DNA of 64,000 nt from Sphagnum compactum. Lineage: Eukaryota. Below, piece after piece: positions 1-13,449 of the stretch. The notes beneath the pieces were generated by a model. It saw only the letters and a program-made list of their open reading frames with translations. It made no database searches and had not been told where the DNA came from. Every line of letters starts with the position of its first letter. Positions within the stretch are counted from its first letter, which is position 1. The stretch lies in the NCBI GenBank assembly GCA_965153455.1, contig OZ234494.1, positions 7,626,001-7,690,000 on the forward strand. Reading direction: 5' to 3'. Made by a program: the position numbers and the translations under genes.

Positions 1-360
1 GCCATTTAGATATCTTACTATTGGAGATTTTGTGCTCGTGAGATCGCATGATCTTGATCTTATTCTTCTTTGGATGGGAAAAGTGGAGGGTGATGTTATC
101 AAGGATGAAGAGAATGAATATTTTAAAATGGTGAAGGTTTAATGGTGGGTTCCTGTGAAGAAAGGACCAAATTTAGATGGACGAAATATGTATGAAGATT
201 GCTAGAATGGGAAGTGGAAATGTAATTTAGTAGATCTAGAACAATGGATTAACATTTTAACTATTCTTTTATTTTTTCTTGCTTGAAAGAATACAACAAA
301 AAAAAGTCAAATTAATATTCCTTCTACTTATGCTAGTAGAGCTAAAGTTAATCTTGATGT
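1..360 (+). mobile_element. Degenerate coding remnant, probably transposon-derived, truncated by the window start
   Basis: Stop-interrupted but protein-like frame GDFVLVRSHDLDLILLWMGKVEGDVIKDEENEYFKMVKV*WWVPVKK...GKWKCN, intronless. Family not recognised with certainty. Confidence 0.3.
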
Positions 361-423
361 TGATTTGAAGAAAAAGTTGGAATTAAAACGAAAAGCGTCA
401 ACTCTCCATAGCTATGCTTTCAC

Positions 424-2322
424 CTTCAAATGAAATCCATTTTATCCCTCGTAAAACAGGATCCTGCCTGAATCTAGGCGAAGGATATTCCATCACTTTT
501 GGCCTGATAGGAGGGGTGGTTGGTCATGCATTGCATTGGCATGTTATGAATAACTGAATATGTCCATGTAATATCAGTCACTATAACCAAAGTGGCAAGG
601 CCATTCTTTAAAAAAAATTGAGCTGATTAAAGTAAGTTATCTATAAACCCACCTTGTCTTTGGCCCTAGTTTGACCCTCTAACCCCAATTTCATCCCCAA
701 CTTGAGTGTAGCCTGAAAGTGAGCAAATTTGGCTACTGTTTAATGAATGGGGTTTCAGTTCATAAGATTTGTCGGGCATGACCTGATTAAATGAAAAAAT
801 ATGAGCAGCAGTGAAGTCATGTAAGGAAATCCAAAACTGAGGGTGAAACTCCTGTGCGGACCAATTTTAGGTGAGAAAAACAGTTGGATGCTTTTTATTC
901 ATTGCTTTTGCTCTCTTATTTTTTCCTGTGTACTGTTTTCATCCTGACATTTGATTGTCCCCAGTTTTGATGAAATTGGGACCCAGTAGCCCTTGAGTTT
1001 GGGGCTCTTCACAGATTAACTCCATATAGATCTATGGCCCCAAATTCTAAAATTTAGTGAATATTAGGTATTGCAGCTTGTCATGATTTTTTCCCTTGTT
1101 TGGGGATTCAGACAACTGTGCATTACAAGAAATAGGTGATTCATGCAATCCTTTGGTCATGAATCCAAATAGGTGATGAATTTTTCATGCTAGTCAAGGC
1201 AACTTGCACCCAGTTGCAACCTGATTTGGCCTCTTCTCCACCCGAAGTCATCCCATGAAGATTTTATTAGCTGGAGCGTGTCCAGACTCTGTGGGCAACC
1301 CGTGTGCTCACACATTCCAATGGTTCCACTAAAGATTTCAAATATGTGATTTTTGTCGAAAACTAGGACATGAGATCTTATGGGATCTTATGATAGTTCT
1401 TCCCTGCCCACTTGCTAGTTCGGTTGAATGATCTAAATGATTGGTCTTGAGTACCTGGGGATAAGGGATCATGAGTCATGGCTAGAATGGATTAAATCAA
1501 TACTTTGCCATTGGATTAATGGCTGGGTGCTTGGATGATGACATTCAAGATGCCAAAATGAATTTGGTTCAAGCGAAGGATTTCAATTTTCATCATGCTC
1601 TCAACCCCTGAATGTCCAACAATTCATGAGACCGCAAACTTCTTACCACATACAGAATGGAAAAGAAAGTGGCAATAGCCTTAAAATAGTGACAAAATGA
1701 ACGTTATTACTGTAGTATAGTGGCAGCTTCAACACAAGTCTGTTGAATCAACAATTCATTTTGAAGATTTCTGAATATTCTGTAGAAATTCTTTAGTTTC
1801 CTTCAAAAAAATGTGTTCTTTGAAAATAAATTTGTTGAAACGTTCAAGCAATGTAATTATGAAAAAGCTGCCAAGGTAGTACAATATTACACCAACATAG
1901 ATGAGAAAAAGTGAAGAAAGTCCTTACCAAAAAGGAGCCAAATTTAAATCCAAGTTGTAGCTTTGACACAATGAGCGAGGAACAATGAATCAGGAGATAG
2001 ATGGACCACTTAATATGTTCAAAATTCTCTTGCGCCGTAGGTCTATACATTAAGAACCAGGTCCATGCACGCTTATTCATGAGGCCTTTCCAATTGTTTG
2101 GGAATACAATTCACTACCCAGAACAGTTCGAAAATAGACAAGCATGTATGATGTCAGATAAAACCCTTTAGAGCAAAACCCCCTTTCCTTTGCTTACTTT
2201 TCCATGATTAGTAAACTCCACTGGAACAACTCCATCATCAGGCGTTCAAGACAACGACAGCCAATGGGATCTGGGAATTGTATTGCCTGAAGTCCAGAAT
2301 TTTGTTGTGCTCTGTTCCCAAC
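424..2322 (-). pseudogene. Cryptic 7-exon gene fragment of unknown family with many in-frame stops and no frameshifts
   Basis: GT-AG bounded blocks 2322-2198, 2113-1928, 1607-1455, 1328-1221, 1115-783, 712-653 and 503-424 join in phase 0 at all six junctions. The five internal exons are multiples of 3 (186, 153, 108, 333, 60). The joined frame (~348 codons) carries 12 TGA, 4 TAG and 1 TAA by manual count. Confidence 0.6.
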
Positions 2323-5300
2323 CTGAAGGTAGCAGTAATTTGTTTTGTACATGTTTTTGAAACAACCAAAGTGAAGACCATCCATAGTAAGATTTAACCA
2401 AATTTGGTTATAAATGAGATAGAAAATTCAAATAAATCATGCATGCTTCTATATTTTGGCTACCTATTGCAAGTGAATTCAGATATACAACAATTTTATT
2501 TATTCATTCTTAAGTTCTGGCTTATTGAAAATCCCTTTATGTGCTTATCACCAAAATAATCGAAACAAAAACAATTCATGTCTAATCTTGAATTTTCTAC
2601 CTCAAATTCATTCCTTGGGATGTTTGTTAAATGGCGAATGCTAATATTCTAACATTGTTTTATTCTTGAATTTTTTGTTTTAATATATTATTCTCAAATA
2701 TATAGAGTGCATATAACAATTATAAGAATCAAAAGTAAAACCTAACACAAAATACATTCAAGAGTACATATCTGCACAATTATTGCCTTTGTAGTGATCA
2801 CAACATAGAATCATACCATATGGAATTGAAAAATAACAACACAAAACAAGTACAAAACTTATCATACTAGTTTTTTACCATCAAAACTCTTCTCTAACTC
2901 CTATTATGAGCTTCTCTTCATATACTCCAACCTATTCACTGTTCTCATCATCATAATGTTTAACCATCTTCAAAACTCCTTGAAAAAGCCTTATCGAGTT
3001 CCCACCATAAACCTTAATTCAAACCCTTCATAAGTCCTAATCAACTCAACCTATCTTGCTACTCTTTTGTCTGCCCTATCAAATACTCACATTATAGTTT
3101 TGTTTAATTTATCCAATAAGGATAACATAGTTCTGCCTTTAACATGTTAGGTTTAACCTTTAGGTCCAAACATTTTTTTATTGGCTTATTCCAAGTGTTA
3201 GTTGTTTTTTTAATATCCTCAATGTACTTAATTATATACTTTACAAACTTGAAGATTAGGACAAACAATATGGGATACAAAAAGTAGTTGCAACTCACTT
3301 GCAATTATTATCAAATAGACTTAGTAGTGAATGAACATTTAAGCTCTTAAAAATCTTTAGAGCTTGATACATTGTCCCATTGCCTTTCGAATGTAAAAGG
3401 TTTTTTTACACTTTGATTTGGCATGTCCACAATAATCTAAATTGTTAAGAAAAAACAGAAAATGAGGAAGATATGGTTGTCAAAAGTAAATAAGGTCAAT
3501 GTTTGGTCACCAACCTAATTCATACTTTAATATTCAACACATTCATTTTCTTCATGGCTCTTTTGTGTCATTCCTTTACTTTTGGAACTTAAATAATTAA
3601 TGTAAATCTTAACCTAATGCATTCATAACACTTTAGATTGTTGAAAACAAATAAGAAACAAGGAAGATATGAGGTTTACAAATAAAAAGTCATTTTTCTA
3701 AAAACACCACTATGTGATTTCAACATGTTTTGTGTTCTTTTAATGTTGTTCCTTTGCTTCTAAAGTTGAAACATATAATGTAAAACTTACCTTGGCATTC
3801 CCATGATGTTTTACATCACATATAAAAAACAATAAACAATAAAGATCAAAAACTATTTGCAATTTTACCTTAACATAACCTATCTACTAAGTATACTAAT
3901 TATTATAGTTCATAATAATTAATAAATAATAATAATAATTTATAATTATTATTATTATTATCTAGTAAATGAGTAGTTGCATAGAGATCCAATACAATAG
4001 TTATACAATAGTTACAAAAAAGTTATTAATGAATGCTTCATTTATCCTAGTCATATTATAGTTGTCATATGTGATTATTATGCAACTTACCAACAAAATC
4101 AAACATGATTGACCAAAACTATATATATAATCCATATAATCATTTGTATAGGGGTCCATCTTGATATTAATATGCAACTACAATATATCTCCATGAATTT
4201 TTGATGTGACATGTTATATTTTAATTCCTTGTATTTCCATGGGATAATTGTAGTGTAGTTGCAAATTAATTGTTTTGAAAATTTAATTGCAAGGTAGCAC
4301 AATGCCAAAACGTGGCACTTAGGATTACATTTACAACTACAAAATTAGTTGTAAATGCCATTTGCAAATGGTTGCAACTACATGACTCTATAGTCTAGAA
4401 GACCATGTTATAAATACCACTAGTTGCTAACATGATCATAGTCTTAACCACTGTTGCGATTATTTATATTTCCATATTAATATTTAAATATATTTTTGCA
4501 TATTGATTTTATAAAATAATTATTTGTTTAATTTAACTTCAAGTTATTTGTATATTTTATATGTATAATTTGTATACAAATCATATAAAATTTATATACA
4601 ACCACATAAAAAATGATTGTACCATATGAAAGTCATACATTCATTCTACATTCAACCAATCAACATACCCCATTGTTGATTATAGTCATTATAATCAACA
4701 TGGTCAAAATTGATCAACATGGTGGGAACAAGTATTGACTTTGGACCTATTTGGAATGGTTCAAGTCTTTGTCATCCACCTACCACATTACATGTAAAGC
4801 AATGTAATCACATATAGGCTTTATCATGTTCCAAGGTTTGAATGTAAAGAAAACACAAAGTTAAAAATATAATTTCTTTTTCAATACCTACTCAAATGAA
4901 AATATGAATATGGATTATTAAATCTTGAAGCATAATCTACATATGTGAACTAACCAAAAATTCAAACAACAAATTTTCAAAATAGAAAATCACTTTTGAA
5001 TTTCAAATTTTTTAACATATCTATTATATTTCAATACATGATAAACTTTCATAAATATATGTATAATTCAAATGTAAAACCTAAAATATTTTAAATTTCT
5101 TTTTAATTCTGAAATATGAATATAATATATTACTATTAATATATGTGTGTGTATATATATTATGTACCATACTATATACACTTGTAACACAATTTTACAC
5201 ATAATTTATTAATCTACACATACATTATGTGTAGATTAATATGCATACAATATATTAATTTTAATTTATTATATTATAGGAAATATATATATATATAATA

Positions 5301-5719
5301 TATATATACATTATATATATAATATATTCAATATTAATAATTTATATACGAATATTTAATTTTCATTATATCATTAATTTAATAACCATATATTGAATTT
5401 CAATTTTAGATTTATTTTCACTATATAATTAATTAACTAATATAATTCATGATGGTTATAATATAATATAATGTACTTTTTAAAAAACATCTATGAACTA
5501 ATTATGTTATACTTATTAAAATCTACACATTTAATATCACACATATAATACATATGTAGGGTTATATGTATATAAATATGTATTGAAATATGGTTAAAAT
5601 ATATACATAATATAAAAAATATTTTGAAATAAAACTATAATTTCATTGTGTAAATTATATTTTATTTTTTTTTAATTTCATTTTATAAATTTAATATGTT
5701 GTAAATTTATGAACCCTAA

Positions 5720-6440
5720 TCCCATGGATAAATTTGGTAAATTTTTCCTAAATTTGGCTAAAGTAACATGAATTTACTTGAACTATGTTATTTTGGTTAA
5801 ATTAGGATTTTTTAATAAATTAGGATATTTTGATTAAACTTGACCTAATTAAATGTAAAGTTGGTTTAATTTTGGTTAAAGTAAGATAAATGAGGTTACA
5901 ATAGGTTATTTTGGTTAAATTATAATATATTCTTATATTTTAATAATCTTGGGTGAAACTTTTAAAAGCTTGGTTAAACGAACATAAATTTGGCTATACC
6001 TTAAGAAAATTTAATTAATTTTTTTATTTGGTTAAAATGGAATAAATTAAGCTAAATTTGGATAAACTAAAACAATGAAGTTAAAATTTGTTAAAATTGG
6101 CAAAATCAAGTTATATTAAGCCACTTAGGCTCAATTTGGTTAAAGTTTAGTTAAATTTGAATTTTTGGGCTAAAATTGGTTTAATTGTGTTAAATAAGGT
6201 TTTTTTTTCATATTTTGGTTGAATTAGGGCCAAATTAGGTTAAATTGAACTACTTAATCCAAGTTTGGTTAAATTTGGCAAAATGTAAAGGTCATTAAAG
6301 TTGGTACACTTGGCTAAACCAAATTAAATTATGTTACACATGTTAAAGTATGCTACATCAAGCTAAAATATGATTAATTAGAATAAATAAAGTTATTTAA
6401 AATAAACTAGGCTACTTGGGGTAAATTAACCTTAAGTTTT
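5720..6440. repeat. Degenerate AT-rich short-period repeat (TTGGTTAAAT-like)
   Basis: GGTTAAA/GGCTAAA/TTAGG recur at roughly 10-15 bp spacing. Confidence 0.6.
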
Positions 6441-7439
6441 TTAAATTGGATAAAAACACACTATAGTGGACAATTTTGGAAGTCACAATGATAGTTTTTT
6501 CTGAGTGAATCAAGTATTGTTGCATTGTATTCAAATCTATTTGAGAACCTTGGCAAAAGTGAGATGAAAAATTGAAATCTACAATCTAATCTTTTGAACT
6601 CAAAAAAATAAAATTCAAAAGGATAAATGTTCAATTCAAAGTGGACTTTACAAAGGATGGTACATCCAACGTCACATTTCGAACTACCCCCAAAATAATA
6701 TGACTATGGATTTTTTTTCTTCTAATTGAGTTGGAAACTAAACTTTTCTTTTTACCACCACACATTGCAATACTATAATACTTAAGATGAAAAAATCAAG
6801 CAAGAAAAAGTCTTTCAAAAATTTTAAGATTTAAAATGAAAATTTCAAATTCATAAAGTTCATTTCGATATATAAATTGATTTTTTCAAAGCCCATATTT
6901 CTAGGGGTTTTAAAAAAGAGTTTAAATTATGGTGGTATGAACTTGGAAATGGAAAAATGTGTGAACTTCAACATCATTTAAATGTTTTTTTTGAAAAATC
7001 ATTGGATATGGACTATAAAAATGGACTTTCATTCGCCCTTTTTTGGTGAACGTAGTGTGCATTTACCCAATTAGGTTAAATTAGGATTGGAAAAAATTAA
7101 ATTAAGTTAAATTATTTTTAAAAATAGACTAAATTAAATTAAATTAGGCTTCCAATACAAATTTGACCATGTTGATATTTATTGGAACTTTTTAAAACTT
7201 AGTCAAATGAGGTCAATTAATTATTTCAATATGATTACATTAGTTTTGTAGTCATAATTACCTTTAATCGTAATTATAGTCATATTTATAGACATACTCA
7301 CAATTATAATTTTAGTTGTCAAAATGGTTCCGATTCAAGTCCACTTATGACTACATATATGACTATTTTGGGTAGTAGTTGCAAATTTTCCTAGTCATAA
7401 AAATCACATTTTAGCATAGTGGTAGTGAGGTTTCAATGG

Positions 7440-8950
7440 ACACAATTCTCATAATGTCTACATCTTTTGATTTTTTAACTATAGAGTTTCATCATTTGAC
7501 TTCTTGGCTTCCCAAACTTTAAACCTATTGATATATTATCCTTAAGCTCCCATTTATGGATTTAATGACCTACATGCTTTAAACCTCTTGATTTTTTGAC
7601 CTCAAACCCTACCTTTCTTGATTTCTTAACTACAAACCTAATCACTTGATTTTTGACCTAATTGAACCTAATCATTAATTTTTTATATTATGAACCAACT
7701 TCTTTGGATGATTGGCATGCCTTAAACCTCTTGAATTCTTCATTTTATTAAACCAACCTTCTTTGGATTTAATGACCTATGGGCGTTAAACCTTTTGATT
7801 TCCTATTTTCAATCCCTACATTTCTTATTTTTTAAACTATGAAGTGTAATATGATATATATCCAATGACCACAAACCTTGCTTCTTTCATCACAAACTTT
7901 TCTAAGCTTCATGGATTCATTCCAAATCTGTGCAAAATTTGTTATTTCATAGGTTCATATTGTTTAAACACAAATGTCGTACATTATTTACACATGGAAG
8001 TCGTGTGCACAACTTTTGTGTGTAAACAACACGAATAAACATACAACATCTGTGTTAAAATAATATGAATGGGCATATGACATTCGTGTTTAAACAATGT
8101 GCATGACATCCATGTCTATTCCATATGAACCTATGAAAAACAGATATCAAACGACAATTACTGCTAATTTGTGGCCCATGAAGTTTGTGATGTTAGATTT
8201 GATCACCTACAAGCTTTAAACTTTTCAATTTCATGTCTTTAAGCCCTACCTTTTTTAATTTTTTGCTTACAAACCCCTAAGTAACCTCTAGATTTGATCA
8301 TTACAAATCTTACTTCTTTTGATTTCTTGACCACAAACACCAAACTTTTGAATTTTGCTCTTATAGACCCAAATTACTTATTTTTCATTTTGCCATTTTT
8401 GATTTCTACTCCAATACACTTTAAACATACTATGGATTCTCTTTAGGTTCTTGGCATGAAGACTTTCATTTAAAGTCCTATAGATGCCTAGATGATAATA
8501 TCTTTGGATTTGAAGACTTGTAAATCCCCTAGACTAGATTGTTTTATAGTTATCAAGATTTCAAAACCTAAACACAATTTGAAGAACTTGTACATGACTT
8601 TTTTAAAAATTTAGATTTAAAACTTACAAACCACCTAGCTTACATCTCTCATTCTTCTTATTCTTATATATACCATATCAATGACCAACATTCATTGGAA
8701 TTGTTCTTGAACTAGGGATGGAGGAATTACTAAAAGATTTAGTTCTAAATTCATGAATACATGTAGACTAGATTTTAACATTTTTGTAACACTCGCATGA
8801 ATTATGGATTTCTAAATTTTAATAGATTTTAGGATTATTACCTTTTTTAATTTTTAGATTCATGAGTACATGAGATTTTTAATTTCTACAACCTTATAGT
8901 AGAATAATCATTTTTTCTCTTTGGATGTTTGACCTACAACCCTGCCTAGA
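7440..8950. repeat. Degenerate ~21-bp-period tandem repeat (TTGATTT..TGACCTACAAACC)
   Basis: Recurrent TTGATTT/TGGATT followed by GACC.ACAAACC(T) units, interrupted by a MITE. Confidence 0.55.
7888..8192. mobile_element. MITE-like element, copy 1
   Basis: TIR CATCACAAACTT...AAGTTTGTGATG and inner inverted pair TTCATAGGTTCATAT / ATATGAACCTATGAA. It interrupts the 7440-8950 degenerate repeat and has a homologous copy at 11449-12023. Confidence 0.7.
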
Positions 8951-10358
8951 CTTGCTTAGATGATTTTTCCTTTGGACTATTGTTAAAGTATGGAGGGCTT
9001 TGATATTGACCCATTCATGACGTAAGTAAATGAATGTGAATGGCTAATAAAAGGCCCACCAAGGCATCTTGGAGAGAGAAAGGCCCAAAGAACATTGTGG
9101 ATTCCTTATACTTAAATTGCATTGCTACTTTTTACCATGACCATTTTATATTGTATAATTGAAACAAAAAAATGGGATATAGTTTATCCCTAGCCATGTT
9201 TGAAAATTTGTTTACTAGGATTACAAGTTGTGATCCCAAGATTCATCATTTCAAGAAGATAGTCTTAAAGACAAATTGTGAAATGTTTTGGAGGAATTGA
9301 AAACAAGCACAACAAATGAAAAACATGTACAGAAGGACATTTTGTAAAATCCCAAAAGTCCCTAGAAGTCCAAAAAGTTAGATTGTCCATAAAAGTAGGA
9401 TTATCTTACTTTTAAGATGATCAAGGGCCCCCTTGACCCCCCCACCTTGGGTCAACTTTTTCTCACACTTTGTTAAATTATTTTGCCCATAGTTAAGGTG
9501 ACTTTCCAAACAACTAGGAATTAGGTTGTATGAAAATAAAAACAAGGTGTGAGACTCCTTGTGAAAGTTAGGTTGACTTTACAAATATCTTTATTGTTAT
9601 TCTAAAAATATTTCCTCATGGAATTTCAACATGGTCATGTAGCCTTCATACACTTTGCAAATTTCTTCTTTGTTTTTGGATTAAATTGGCAACTTTTTCA
9701 TCAATTCGAACCTCTTCAAGTTTAGTATACACAAAATATTTCCAATGTCAATCTTTTTTTGTTCAACAAAATATTTTGCAAAATAAAAGTGACTAAATCT
9801 ACTATGAAGGTGACATGTAAATATGTTTTGTTTAACATCTTAAGAAAAGTTTTCTTCTCAATTCCAAACGTGTTTTTTTACAACAAACCTTTTGCACCCA
9901 CAACTATAAAATTGTTCAAAAACATTTTGTTTGAGGTGTTTTGATGGAGCGTTGTAATCCACGGTAACAAGGGCATCTTTTAGCCCATAATAGGTCTGGA
10001 GGCACAATGGGATGCTTTGTAAAAGTTATATTTAGACAAAGTAAATCTATGTAAGCTTTGACATTTAAAAAGTTTTTTTTACCATTTATCATCATTTAAG
10101 CTTGTAATTATGAAAATGGAAAACCAAGTGGTGCTATGAGTATGTACTAGAATATACTCTCATGGAACCAAACATGAAGTTGCATGATTGTGAAAAATAG
10201 TTTTATTGGATAAGAATTATAAAATAAAAACACACCTCAAGGTATTGAGTTACTTTGAATCACAAAATTCAAACTATTGACATGAAAATTAAGAAACTTG
10301 ATTTAATTTTTTTCAAAAACTTGACATAAAATCTCATCACTGTCCAAATTGGTTTTTC

Positions 10359-10512
10359 CACTACAACAAAAGGGGTCCTTGTATGCCAAGTGATTTCACT
10401 AGATTATGAGTGAATTCATTGGTTATAGTGAATGGGACCTAGTGGGGAAGCATTGAATTCACTAGTCTAGTGAGCATGGACTAGTGAATTGCACACACAT
10501 TTTGTAGTAGTG
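10359..10512. mobile_element. 154-bp non-autonomous CACTA (EnSpm) element
   Basis: TIRs CACTACAACAAAA / TTTTGTAGTAGTG (12 of 13 match). Perfect 3-bp TSD TTC on both sides (10356-10358 and 10513-10515). Internal TTCACTAG/GTGAAT subterminal repeats. Confidence 0.85.
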
Positions 10513-11448
10513 TTCATACTTCACAAACACATATCAAAGCCCTCTTTAAAGTAGATAAAATAATTATATTAAGCATTTTTTCTTCAATGAATGAATTGTT
10601 GATGAATAAATTGGAAATTTATTTAGTTCAAAAATGGTTTTCATTTTATTTTGTTCAACCTATCATTAAAAACTTGAACTTTGAAATAATTTTCAAGCTT
10701 TTATTTGATTCCATTGAAAATTCGTAAATAAAATTTTCATTATACAAAATTGTGCAAAATCCCAATAAAAAATGATTTTAATGTAAGTACGAGGTATACA
10801 AGCAAAATTTGTGTAAGAATGATCTTTTGCAAAAAAAGGCATAACTAAAGACATGCCCAATTTTGACAATTTTAAAAATGAATGTAATCCAAATCACATA
10901 TGTGAAAGTGATGAACATGAAGTCAAAACAACTAATTTGTTTTCTTGAACATGTGAAAATTGAAATTCAAAAATGCAATTGTGAGCATACACAAAGTGGC
11001 ATTACACACACAATTGATAATGTGAAAATAAAATAAATGTTTTGCAAACAAAAGAGATGTCTTAGAGACATAATTATAATGTGAAAGTAGAATTAATACT
11101 TTGCAAATCAAAGAGATGTTTCAAAGATATAATTAGCAATTTGTAGACAAAATTGATGTTTTACAAACAAAAGAAATGTTTCAAAAAGAATTGCTTAAAC
11201 ATATTTATGAAGGAGGAATTTGAGATTTAACACTAACTTAACATTTTACTTAATTATCATCATGGGTAACTTATCATTGAATTTATCTATTTAATAAATT
11301 ATTATTTACATTGATTCATGATTGTTAGTTTTTTTGGGGGTGACAAAAAAATTAAACATGAATCATGCAAAGGATTTTTGTGAAATAAACATGCCAAAGT
11401 TGATAGATTTTGAGAATTTTTTTTTGAAATCACCACTTTAAAACAATA

Positions 11449-12023
11449 CATCACGAAGTTACAAGTTTCATGGGTTTGTTTCAAATCTGTGTGAAATTTA
11501 TACTTCATAAGTTCATATTATTTAAACACGAATGTCATGCATTATTTAAATACGAAAGTCATGTGCACAACTTTTTCATGTCTAAACAACACAAATAAAT
11601 ATATAACATATGTGTTTAAACAATACGAATAAGCATTTGACATTCGTGTTTAAATAATGTGCACAATATTAATGTTTAAATAATGTAAGAAGATGAATGA
11701 CATTCACATCTATTCCATATGAACTTATGAAAAGTCTTGGGAGACACTAGTAAAAAAAGGTATAAAATACATGAGTAAAAATATAAGGTACATTTTATTT
11801 AAATAATCAATTCAATTATAATATAAGGTGGCTTTAATATGTCTATATTATAAATTTATAATAATAGGGTGTTAAAAATAGGTTGAACAATTACCTAATA
11901 CCCCCCTTAAAAATGGTTGTTTGATGCATGTAAATCCCAAGCTTTACACTAAGTGTCCCTTGGGCGAAAAATAGATTTTGCATGGTCATTATTGTTAAAT
12001 TGTGGCCCATGAAATTTGTGATG
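11449..12023. mobile_element. MITE-like element, copy 2 (longer, with internal insertion)
   Basis: Starts CATCAC and ends GTGGCCCATGAAATTTGTGATG. Internal sequence (AAACACGAATGTC, TGACATTCGTGTTTAAA, CTATTCCATATGAAC) is shared with 7888-8192. Confidence 0.65.
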
Positions 12024-12404
12024 TGAATTTGAAAAATTTGTAAAAATTACTAGATTTTTTTTTTTAAATATCATCTTCTGTAGCTTGTAGTCAAATTTGG
12101 GCTACAAACTATTGTGAATGATTACCAATGTGACTAAATCACAAAATCGAAAAAAAACCTTATTCATGATTATGTGAAAATGGTATTATTTCAAAGTGTT
12201 GTTTTAATATTTTCCAATCAAAACTAAATTGCACTCACAACCACACTAAACTAACACCCAACAATGCACCATCCATTGGATACACATTATTACTTAGTTG
12301 TGAATGAACTTCAATTAAGTTAATGTTTGGTTTCACCTTGGTAACCAATTATGTAAGAAGAAGGTCTCATATATAAATAGATAGGCAAGAAAATAGGTAA
12401 CTAC

Positions 12405-12710
12405 TAGGTAAGGTTGGTTTTACTACCTACCTATTAACAACCCACAATAGGTAGATGGTAAAAAAAAAGCATTGAGTTAACAACCATGATTAATTAAGGA
12501 ACTAGAATTCAATAAAACAAGTTTTTGAGCACTTACCATCTGTTCTATAAACCATAGGTAAGGGTTGGTTTTATTACCTACCTACTAACAACTACCTATT
12601 AACAACCCACAATAGGTAGGTGGTTTAAAAAAGAACTGAGCTAACAACCATGATTAACTAAGAAATAGGAACCCAACAAAAAATAATTTCTTGACCACTT
12701 ACCATCCATC
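12405..12710. repeat. ~150-bp tandem duplication
   Basis: TAGGTAAGG(G)TTGGTTTTA.TACCTACCTA...TTAACAACCCACAATAGGTAG...AACAACCATGATTAA...CACTTACCATC occurs twice, from 12405 and 12556. Confidence 0.8.
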
Positions 12711-13449
12711 CTTCACAATGCACTGGTGGGTCCTAGTTCACTGTGGCTTGACCTTTACACCAATAAGTAGGTGTAAGATCCCTTTTCTTTTTTAAGAGAT
12801 TCATTCATGGATATCATAATTTTGTCTAATGTCGCTGGTGTATGCAGTTTTGGCAAACGAACTTTAGACTAGTGGAGTCCATGCCTTTCCCTTGTTACTG
12901 AGTTGGCTAATGGAAGTAACGTGCTCCAGGCTCCACATGAGCTGCTGAGTAGTAGAAGTAGATAAACTTTTACGATAAGGTTTAGGGTTATTAGGGTTTG
13001 ATAATGTAAGAATAGTGGCAATACTATTAGTAATACTAGTGTTTAGGGTAGGGCAAGGTTGAGTAGACAGGGTGAGGCAAAGCGAATAGGGTAGTCAAGT
13101 AAGGCCCTTGAGTAACAACACACAAGCAATAGCGAATCCGCAGTTGGGTCCACTTGATATTCCCACCCATTCTTTGGGTTTTCGTGAGTTTGCTGCCATG
13201 TGTCTTTCTTTTTGTTTTTTTGTCTTATTTGTAAGTATCTCTTTTGGAACAATAGTTTTAGGGTTTGAAGGGGATTAAAGGGGTTTTCAAGATTGAGGTT
13301 TAGGGTCCTAGCTTTAAATCAGATATGTTAGTTTGGGGATAGGCATGGTAGACCTTGCAGGTTATCCATATCTGAAGCATCATTAAACATCGCAGTTGTC
13401 CTAGCCATCCCAGCAAGCATTTAATGGAGAGCCAGTTATCAACTTTTCC

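Noticed and set aside
1455-2113. MIR/IP3-receptor-like repeats (IKWSIYLLIH and IQWQSIDLIH)
   Set aside because: The second motif is in a different frame from the phase-consistent exon chain, and the similarity is too short to support.
3706-7423. One large CACTA element bounded by ACCACTATG / CATAGTGGT
   Set aside because: The right end looks CACTA-like, but the left match lies inside an unrelated ~190-bp imperfect tandem repeat and no TSD was found.
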